This document shows, piece by piece, positions 55,565 through 62,276 of a stretch of 64,000 nt of DNA. The DNA is taken from positions 9,360 to 73,359 of the forward strand of contig CAZUNB010000001.1 in the NCBI GenBank assembly GCA_964622235.1, given 5' to 3'. Position 1 is the stretch's first letter. Each line of letters starts with the position of its first letter. The notes below the pieces were generated by a model, which saw nothing but the letters and a program-made list of their open reading frames with translations, did no database searches and was not told where the DNA came from. This stretch comes from an uncultured Candidatus Saccharibacteria bacterium (GTDB taxonomy: Bacteria > Patescibacteriota > Saccharimonadia > Saccharimonadales > JAGPDM01). The translations under genes and the position numbers were made by a program.

Positions 55565-56005
55565 TTATGATTGAGGAGCAAGGCTTGATGTCAGGAAGTT
55601 GACAGCACCAAAAGCTATGAAAGAAATGATAAGGCCGATAATCGCATACAAAATTGTATTCTTAGCTCCGGTAACTGCATTTTGGTCGCCGGCACTGATA
55701 ACATAACGGAAACCACCAACAATCAACATGATGACACTAACAGCGCCAACCAAAAAGAGCAAAATATTGACTACCTTGTTGAAAATACCATCCGCCCCGA
55801 AAAGTGTGTTCGCGTCTTGACCGGCTCTAGTGCTACCAATCGTGCATTTGGTTCCATTCACTAGTGGGTTTGTGTCGGTACCGATGCTAAGACATTCATC
55901 AGCTGCGGCAGCAGGAACAACGTATGTCATAAAACCAACAAACCCCATAGTTGTAGCTAGGCTAATCTTGCCAGTGGTTGATTGATAAAGTGTTTGTATA
56001 GTCAT
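55565..56005 (-). CDS. Secreted protein ending in a two-helix pilin-like module (TrbC/VirB2-type topology), paralogue 6 of 6
   Basis: Signal peptide (…VVPAAAADEC), a Cys-containing 55-aa segment, then VVNILLFLVGAVSVIMLIVGGFRYVISAGDQNAVTGAKNTILYAIIGLIISFIAFGAVNFLTS (helix-loop-helix). The loop GDQNAVTGAKN is shared across paralogues. Confidence 0.5.
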   Translation of the reverse strand: MTIQTLYQSTTGKISLATTMGFVGFMTYVVPAAAADECLSIGTDTNPLVNGTKCTIGSTRAGQDANTLFGADGIFNKVVNILLFLVGAVSVIMLIVGGFRYVISAGDQNAVTGAKNTILYAIIGLIISFIAFGAVNFLTSSLAPQS

Positions 56006-56089
56006 TAAATTTTTTCCTGTTTATGCTTATTGTTAAATGTATCAAAAATTCATACTGGGTGCAAGAGATATATAGGCGGGCGCCTGATT

Positions 56090-56497
56090 TTATAGACTGC
56101 TAACTATAAAGCTCACAGCGGCACGACCAAGGAAAGCAATTACTAATCCGATTACTGCATACAAAATTGTATTCTTAGCTCCGGTAACTGCATTTTGATC
56201 ACCAGCACTAGCAACATAGCGAAAACCACCAAGAACAATCATGATAACTGAGACTGCACCGACTAAGAACAGTAAGATATTGATAATACTCTGCATGATA
56301 GTCCCTATGTTGCGGCTGTCTCCTGAAGTACAAGTTCCTCCGGAGTATGTCCCGCCCGTTCCCTTACAGAGCTGCTCCTTAGAGTCGGCAGCACTTACTA
56401 TGCTGTGCTGACCGCTGGGGGTAGTGACTGGAAGAATAACCGATGCTATTAATAGAGAAAATGCGAACATAAATGTAAATAATGATATTTTTTTCAT
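56090..56497 (-). CDS. Secreted protein with C-terminal pilin-like module (TrbC/VirB2-type), paralogue 5
   Basis: Signal peptide, CKGTGGTYSGGTCTSGD Cys/Gly segment, then IINILLFLVGAVSVIMIVLGGFRYVASAGDQNAVTGAKNTILYAVIGLVIAFLGRAAVSFIVSSL. Nearly identical to the module of paralogue 6. Confidence 0.5.
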   Translation of the reverse strand: MKKISLFTFMFAFSLLIASVILPVTTPSGQHSIVSAADSKEQLCKGTGGTYSGGTCTSGDSRNIGTIMQSIINILLFLVGAVSVIMIVLGGFRYVASAGDQNAVTGAKNTILYAVIGLVIAFLGRAAVSFIVSSL

Positions 56498-56509
56498 CTC
56501 TTATCCTTT

Positions 56510-56899
56510 TTATATGTTACTTAATACGAATGATACGATAGCTTGAGCTAGAAGCGCAACCACTAAACCGACTACAGCATACAGAATAGTGTCTTTGCTC
56601 TGTTTGACGGCATTCTGATCACCATTACTAATCACAAAACGAAACCCACCGTATATCATGGCGATGACCGATACACTACCAACAATGAAGGCGAGGGCAC
56701 TAATTACCTTGTCGCGAAGTGGGGTAACGGCAGTTTCAACGGTATCGCTACAGGTTGCATCAGGATCTACCAGCTGCAATTTAGCACACGCATCATCTGT
56801 AGCAGCACTTGCAAACACGGCAGGAGCGGGTGCGACTGCTAGAAGAGCCAACTGCGCCAGCATCACAAACCCTAGCAATAAAAATGTCGGTGTTTTCAT
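56510..56899 (-). CDS. Secreted protein with C-terminal pilin-like module (TrbC/VirB2-type), paralogue 4
   Basis: Signal peptide (…AVFASAATDDAC), then VISALAFIVGSVSVIAMIYGGFRFVISNGDQNAVKQSKDTILYAVVGLVVALLAQAIVSFVLSNI. A 4-nt ATGA overlap with the upstream gene. Confidence 0.5.
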   Translation of the reverse strand: MKTPTFLLLGFVMLAQLALLAVAPAPAVFASAATDDACAKLQLVDPDATCSDTVETAVTPLRDKVISALAFIVGSVSVIAMIYGGFRFVISNGDQNAVKQSKDTILYAVVGLVVALLAQAIVSFVLSNI

Positions 56900-57699
56900 C
56901 CAAAGACTCCCTTCATAAATCCTATAACTACTCGAATAATAAAAGGCACAAGGAAGACAAGCGCAAGACCGATTGAACCATAAATGATAGTGTTTTTAGC
57001 GGCAACTATCTTTTCTGGGTTGCCGGCCGACAACACATAGCGCAGCCCACCCGAGAGAACGATGATAACACCAATGCTGCCAGCCAAAAGATAAACAACC
57101 GGTATAACCTTGCCGAGGAATGTTTTGTCGTCTACATTGGGTAGACTTAACTCATCAGCCGTTCCAAGCTTAACAATACCAGCAGGCGGTGCTTTCTTTG
57201 CAGGGGTTTTCGGGGTAGGAGAGGTGGGAGCCTCCGGAGCAGCACCGCCACCCCCGCCACCAACCGATTTTTTACAAACATCAACCTTAGTCTTGCCTGT
57301 TAGTTTCTCGCATTTTACATATTCTTCCGCAACACACGTAAGTTTTTTACTGTCGGTATCGAACGGTGGATTCTTCGTGCAATCTCGTGGCTTATACTCA
57401 CTGCCGACAGTGAATGGCTTACCAACAGTAAGAGATTTGCAGTCCTCAGTTTTTACCCCGGCACCTCCAGCAGTTGCAAACAGAACATAGCACTTTTTTG
57501 GATCTTGTTTACCTTTGTCTTTGAAGTAGGATTTAAAGACAGCGTTATTACAATCTCCAGCCGTAACTTTATCACCAGATAGATAGCAACCAGGTGATGA
57601 TGCTGCGGATACCTTTACTCCGCTAGCAAAAAGTGAAAGTGTGGCAATCGCCACTACCATCAATAGCAGCATGCTGCTTAGGCGTGAAATATTTTTCAT
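56896..57699 (-). CDS. Pilin-module fusion protein: signal peptide + Cys-rich ectodomain + poly-Gly/Pro linker + C-terminal pilin-like module (start set at MKNISRL)
   Basis: 267 aa. About 10 Cys in the ectodomain, a GGGGGAAPEAPTSPTPKTPAKKAPPAG linker, then VIPVVYLLAGSIGVIIVLSGGLRYVLSAGNPEKIVAAKNTIIYGSIGLALVFLVPFII. The ATG at 57699 forms an ATGA overlap with the stop of the upstream gene. Confidence 0.5.
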   Translation of the reverse strand: MKNISRLSSMLLLMVVAIATLSLFASGVKVSAASSPGCYLSGDKVTAGDCNNAVFKSYFKDKGKQDPKKCYVLFATAGGAGVKTEDCKSLTVGKPFTVGSEYKPRDCTKNPPFDTDSKKLTCVAEEYVKCEKLTGKTKVDVCKKSVGGGGGGAAPEAPTSPTPKTPAKKAPPAGIVKLGTADELSLPNVDDKTFLGKVIPVVYLLAGSIGVIIVLSGGLRYVLSAGNPEKIVAAKNTIIYGSIGLALVFLVPFIIRVVIGFMKGVFG

Positions 57700-58067
57700 T
57701 TGAAGGTCCCGAGAATCGTACCGACGGCAAAAGTGGCGCCAACACAAATCACCAAGCCAATCACCGCATTGACGATGGTGTCCTTGCCGCTCTTGACTCG
57801 CTCTGGGCTTCCGCTACTAATAAGAATTAGAAACGCGCCATAAAATGTAAAGCCAATCGCAACATATATGCCAGCACCGAGCAATGCCTGAACTATATTG
57901 CCGGCTATCCGCCAAATATTGTCAAAGTCTTCGATGATTACGCCGCACGGGTTCGATCCACCAGAGTCCCGCGGCAATCCATTATGCCATGCAGGAAGTA
58001 ACAAGAAGGTATTGTCGCACGCGTCAGCGGCGAACAAAGATAGTTTAGTTAATACGACGTGCATCAT
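57696..58067 (-). CDS. Small protein with C-terminal pilin-like module (divergent paralogue 2)
   Basis: 123 aa: ...IVQALLGAGIYVAIGFTFYGAFLILISSGSPERVKSGKDTIVNAVIGLVICVGATFAVGTIL. Same helix-(S/A)G(D/N/S)P/Q...K(N/D/T)TI-helix logic. ATGA overlaps on both sides. Confidence 0.45.
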   Translation of the reverse strand: MMHVVLTKLSLFAADACDNTFLLLPAWHNGLPRDSGGSNPCGVIIEDFDNIWRIAGNIVQALLGAGIYVAIGFTFYGAFLILISSGSPERVKSGKDTIVNAVIGLVICVGATFAVGTILGTFK

Positions 58068-59095
58068 CCGATTATACCCCCTGGTATTAGGAAGTTCACC
58101 AGCGCAGCGAACAATAAGTAGATTGCCAGTCCGCCGAGAGCAGCTAATATTTTAGTTTTTGCACCAGCAATCGCCTGAGGGTTACCACGAGCTGAAGCGT
58201 ACTGGATTCCCGCTATACCGAGCACCCCAGAGATGATGATGCCAACACCAACTGCAGTGACTTTAACGGCAAGTTTAAGCATTTTAACGATACTATTTCC
58301 CTCAAGCCCCGCGTCTGGGTCGCTACAAGTAAGATCTTTTAACGGCCCAAAAGCCGCTTGAGCACACTTATCTTGTTCAAGCTTGCGCGCACAACTTTGT
58401 TCATCGCCAGCAGCTAAGCTCCCGTCTTTGTCTTTATCACAAACGCTATGTTGTTTAGTTAACGGATGCACAGCCTTCTCGCCTTCATCTTCTGGCCCAG
58501 CAGGGTCATCACCCTCAGGTGTCGTTGCACCTCCGCCGCTGTCTTCACCACCGCCGCCGGGGGTGGGTGAAGTGATCGGATCAGTGGTGCCAGGACCAAC
58601 GCCGGTTGACGCTAAGCAGGCCGAAATTAAAACTTTCGAGACCTGCTTCATGCACGTAACATTAGAAGCCGCGACACAGCCGGCACTTGATCCTCTATCG
58701 CTGGTACATTTTTCAACACCAAAAAGCTGATGGTAGCAGCTCTCGGTTTGAATTGAGCCTTTACTGACATTGGGTATGTTCGTACAGTAAGCAATAAGCT
58801 TCCATGCGCAGGTTTCATATTTTTTTGCATCGTCTTTTTTAGGCTTTTGAGCTAAAAGCCTACTGCGTATCGCGCGACAATCATTTGCGGTCTTTTCACC
58901 AACACCAAAGTTCTTATCAACCTTGCCGCTTGGCCCTGAAGTTGTGGGGGTACTTGTATCACCACTGCCATTGCTACCACCGCCGAAAGAAACTCCCGGA
59001 ACTTGTGCAGAAACTTGTGCAGCTAAAAAGAACATCCAAAATAAAGATATCAAAAAAACCGATACAAAAACTGATTTACGCAATGAGCCCATCAT
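58064..59095 (-). CDS. Pilin-module fusion protein: signal peptide + Cys-rich / Gly-Pro-rich ectodomain + C-terminal pilin-like module (paralogue 1)
   Basis: 343 aa. Signal peptide (…AAQVSAQVPG), about 12 Cys, the TSPTPGGGGEDSGGGATTPEGDDPAGPEDEGE acidic/Gly linker, then VTAVGVGIIISGVLGIAGIQYASARGNPQAIAGAKTKILAALGGLAIYLLFAALVNFLIPGG. Confidence 0.5.
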   Translation of the reverse strand: MMGSLRKSVFVSVFLISLFWMFFLAAQVSAQVPGVSFGGGSNGSGDTSTPTTSGPSGKVDKNFGVGEKTANDCRAIRSRLLAQKPKKDDAKKYETCAWKLIAYCTNIPNVSKGSIQTESCYHQLFGVEKCTSDRGSSAGCVAASNVTCMKQVSKVLISACLASTGVGPGTTDPITSPTPGGGGEDSGGGATTPEGDDPAGPEDEGEKAVHPLTKQHSVCDKDKDGSLAAGDEQSCARKLEQDKCAQAAFGPLKDLTCSDPDAGLEGNSIVKMLKLAVKVTAVGVGIIISGVLGIAGIQYASARGNPQAIAGAKTKILAALGGLAIYLLFAALVNFLIPGGIIG

Positions 59096-59634
59096 CTGTA
59101 TCCTACTTTCTGACCATCTTCATCAGTGAAATACATAGCTTTGATCTTTTTTGGACTCGAAAACTCCATCGTAATCAGCTGATTATCAGCATCCTCGAAT
59201 ACATTAGAGTTCGAACAGAAAATCTGAACTGTTTGTCTGTCCGCTGCCGGCTCACTGCAGTCTTCAAGGTTAAATCTACCGAGGAGCGTAGACAGAAAAT
59301 ATGCTGGCTGATAAAAGGGAATATCTTCACCGATTTCAAATTCAGGATTATAGTTCATGGTCGAGTAGTCGTTAATGCGCGCAGTGTCTAGATTCACAAT
59401 TGCATCGATCATTTCTTTTGATGTGTTTATTTGATCAAGCTCCTGAAGCGCTAAACTATCCTCGATTTTGGCTTGTTTAGCTTCAGCGGCGAGCTCAGCT
59501 TTAGTCGGCTGCTGTAAATACCAAGCTAAAAAACCGATTCCTCCAACCAAAATGATTGCCAATAAGATAAAAGGCCAACGAGGGACCTTCTGCGATGTCA
59601 TCAGTGCTTGTGAGTTATTTTTATTTTTGAACAT
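59092..59634 (-). CDS. Hypothetical bitopic membrane protein (first gene of the coupled pilin-module operon)
   Basis: 180 aa. N-terminal basic segment, one TM helix (WPFILLAIILVGGIGFLAWYL), then an about 130-aa extracytoplasmic domain. VirB8-like topology but smaller, with no motif. Confidence 0.4.
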   Translation of the reverse strand: MFKNKNNSQALMTSQKVPRWPFILLAIILVGGIGFLAWYLQQPTKAELAAEAKQAKIEDSLALQELDQINTSKEMIDAIVNLDTARINDYSTMNYNPEFEIGEDIPFYQPAYFLSTLLGRFNLEDCSEPAADRQTVQIFCSNSNVFEDADNQLITMEFSSPKKIKAMYFTDEDGQKVGYR

Positions 59635-59711
59635 TTTTATAATTCAACCATGAATTTAGTGCTATTGTAGCGCTTGTGGTATAAAGCCGCAAGCTAGAAA
59701 AAATTTAGCAC

Positions 59712-59740
59712 TTGACAATACTGAACTAATGTAAGATAAT
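59712..59740 (+). promoter_or_regulatory. Sigma-70-like promoter candidate (TTGACA-17 nt-GATAAT) in the divergent region between the pilin operon and the 59770 gene
   Basis: TTGACA at 59712-59717, an exact 17-nt spacer, GATAAT at 59735-59740, 30 nt upstream of the ATG at 59770. Confidence 0.35.
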
Positions 59741-59769
59741 GCATAGATTAAACAGGAATAACCATAGCT

Positions 59770-60711
59770 ATGACAATCACTCCAACAGACATACCACTAT
59801 CTGGAGAAGGCGGCGAAGAGCAAGTGCCACCTATAGGTGAACAAGGGCAGCAGCCTGACGGACAACCATTTGATGGCATGGGTGATGCGCTGGATGGTGA
59901 TGCTGCCGAGCTACGAACCGATAGTGTGAGTGAGCAGCCGCCAGACGATTCAGCTGAAGAGATTGTCGTTAGCCCAAGCAATAGAAGGATGTCTCGTCGA
60001 GGATTCTTAGGAGCTGGAGCTGCGATCGTTGGTCTGACAGTAATTTTTGGCCCTAAAGTCGTCGACTCCTTTTCCCAGCCATCCGAACCAATCGCCCCAA
60101 CTGATGGATCTGATACAGACAATAGCCCGACTGACACGAGCGACACAGCGAAAGACACCTTACCCCAAATGGAAGAGTGGGACGGCACAAAAGAAGATCT
60201 GTGGGAGGTTGCTCCGGGGGATGCAAATAGGAACTTCTTCCTAGATCCATACGCCCCAAATTCATTCGACGCGGAGCAAGTTACTAAGAGAAACTTTGTT
60301 CGGTCCTTCGACCATATCGTTCTTGGGCTTCTTTACCAAGATAAACTAGGCAAAGACCCTAATGAATACGCAACTTTTTTCGCCAGTTCAGACGTAGCGA
60401 ATCAAGCTCGTGAATTTTTCGGTGACGGTGAAGGCACACATTCGGGTGCATACATCAGGGGCTTTAATGAAAATGTCGAGACGAAGGGTGAAGACCCGAA
60501 CGGTTTAGAAAAGTTAATGCTTGATGTTGTTCCGCCCCCTGGGAAAGAGGGCGCTGTTCAAATTGGGCTATTCGATCCAAAAAATGGAGAGAGATACAAA
60601 CCAGCTTGGGCTACTTTTGGTTATAGCAATAAAGGCCACTATGTCCTAACAGGCATTTTCGACCATGATCCAACAGATGAAGACTTTCTGTCTACGCCAC
60701 CGCTAGAGTAG
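59770..60711 (+). CDS. Hypothetical exported/membrane-anchored protein with internal twin-Arg motif (SRRGFLGAGAAIVGL)
   Basis: 313 aa. Acidic 73-aa N-terminus, then RRMSRRGFLGAGAAIVGLTVIFG (Tat-like S-R-R-x-F-L-G plus hydrophobic core), then an about 220-aa Asp/Thr-rich domain. An alternative start at ATG 59989 (MSRRGFLG, GAAGGA SD) would make the RR motif N-terminal. Confidence 0.45.
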   Translation: MTITPTDIPLSGEGGEEQVPPIGEQGQQPDGQPFDGMGDALDGDAAELRTDSVSEQPPDDSAEEIVVSPSNRRMSRRGFLGAGAAIVGLTVIFGPKVVDSFSQPSEPIAPTDGSDTDNSPTDTSDTAKDTLPQMEEWDGTKEDLWEVAPGDANRNFFLDPYAPNSFDAEQVTKRNFVRSFDHIVLGLLYQDKLGKDPNEYATFFASSDVANQAREFFGDGEGTHSGAYIRGFNENVETKGEDPNGLEKLMLDVVPPPGKEGAVQIGLFDPKNGERYKPAWATFGYSNKGHYVLTGIFDHDPTDEDFLSTPPLE

Positions 60712-60959
60712 AAAGCTCAAAGTTCATCCTTAGCGCTAGATCGGCATAGGCGTCAACGCACACAACTACCCTGAAAAAGAACCATGAAGTGAATCTATGT
60801 TCAGCTGTTTAATCTAGCGCAAGTTACAGTAGCCCTCCAAGCCCATACTTTAATATAGAGCTACAACTATTATGTCCATAGCCCAAACCAACACATTATA
60901 TTAGTTATTGCTTTTTATATTCTGACGATGTTATCATTTGTCCATAAGCATAATGAATT

Positions 60960-62276
60960 ATGTTAGGTGAAATGAAAAAAATAAAAAAGATTATCTTTAC
61001 TGGTCTTGGAACATTTGTCGTATTGTTTTCTACAATCGTAGCTCCTTTGAGTCCATTGATAATAACGATTGATGCCGCGCCATATGATGATGCTATTGAT
61101 ATAACCACTAAAGAATACAAAGCATGGCGATCATGGCTAGTACTTGAAAAGTGCATAAACTTTAGTGGCAACAAGGGTGGCGACAAGGTCAAAAATGCTA
61201 TATTTGAGCACCCGAACTCAGGAACGATTCCGGCCAACTCGTTCGGTTGGCATAACACGAACTCGCTCGGTGGTGGAAATGGCGCGACGGATGGAGTTGG
61301 GAGATTTATCGATAAAAAGGACGGTGAGATTGACTGCAACACTGAGGCAGATCTTGAGATTGCCATGGCGAACCTCGGTTACAAGAAATATGGGGACTTC
61401 ATGAAAGCAATAACTTCTGATCAAAGACTCCCTGATGATATGTTTAAGCTTAAGTACTCTTCCGAAAAAGCTATTGGCGCGGCAGTAGCTAAACACGCTA
61501 AAGAAGAAGGCTTAATTAGGAGTGAAAGCAATCTCTTTACACTACCGGCCGAGTCAGTTTGGGTTTATTGGGCGTCACTCGCAATTGCAAAGGTTGAGAA
61601 CTCTGCATTTGGCAACACCGAAGGAACCTGTAAAGGAAAATTTGGTACTGAAGCGGACTTAAAAAAAGACAAGACCAGTGAGTCAAGTATTGTAAGGCCC
61701 GGCTTAATCGACAAGGACGCCAAAGAGATCGATGGCTGGAGCGATAAAGCTACAGAAAAAGGCTGGGAGTACCTTCTGCTGCCAGAGAAAAAAGCTAATG
61801 CTGCAGCTAATGCAATTGACGGAAGAATGACATCAGGCAAGTCGACATCATGCACCGAGATAGCCAAAGAAGCAACCAAGGATTTTCGGGTTGCAGCCTT
61901 CGCAAACTTGGTTAAAAAAATCAAAATAGAGTGTGAAAAAGATCCAAATGCCGACTGTGAAAGTAGTATCAAAGATTCCTCAGATGCCGCACTTCAAGAA
62001 GATGGGGCTGGTGACGATGACGTAGAGAGCTGCGAAGTTGGTTCGGGGTTATTTGCGAAAGCACTTGGTTTCGTTGTCTGCGCCGTTGTTGATATCACCT
62101 TCAGTATCGTTGACTGGGCAGAGAACAATATCATCATCCCATATCTTATCGTTTCTCCTCTAGAACAAGGCTCAGATTCGCCAGCCTATACAATGTGGGG
62201 CTATATGCGCGATATCTCTAATGTGATGCTGGTACTAGCCTTGCTATACTTAGCCTACTTAAAGGCGATGTCGTAA
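60960..62276 (+). CDS. Hypothetical membrane protein: signal/anchor + Cys-containing Lys-rich ectodomain + 2 C-terminal TM helices
   Basis: 438 aa. N-terminal hydrophobic helix (IIFTGLGTFVVLFSTIVAPL), an about 330-aa ectodomain with about 10 Cys, and C-terminal helices (LFAKALGFVVCAVVDITFSIV and MLVLALLYLAYL). The stop overlaps the next start (TAATG). Confidence 0.45.
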   Translation: MLGEMKKIKKIIFTGLGTFVVLFSTIVAPLSPLIITIDAAPYDDAIDITTKEYKAWRSWLVLEKCINFSGNKGGDKVKNAIFEHPNSGTIPANSFGWHNTNSLGGGNGATDGVGRFIDKKDGEIDCNTEADLEIAMANLGYKKYGDFMKAITSDQRLPDDMFKLKYSSEKAIGAAVAKHAKEEGLIRSESNLFTLPAESVWVYWASLAIAKVENSAFGNTEGTCKGKFGTEADLKKDKTSESSIVRPGLIDKDAKEIDGWSDKATEKGWEYLLLPEKKANAAANAIDGRMTSGKSTSCTEIAKEATKDFRVAAFANLVKKIKIECEKDPNADCESSIKDSSDAALQEDGAGDDDVESCEVGSGLFAKALGFVVCAVVDITFSIVDWAENNIIIPYLIVSPLEQGSDSPAYTMWGYMRDISNVMLVLALLYLAYLKAMS

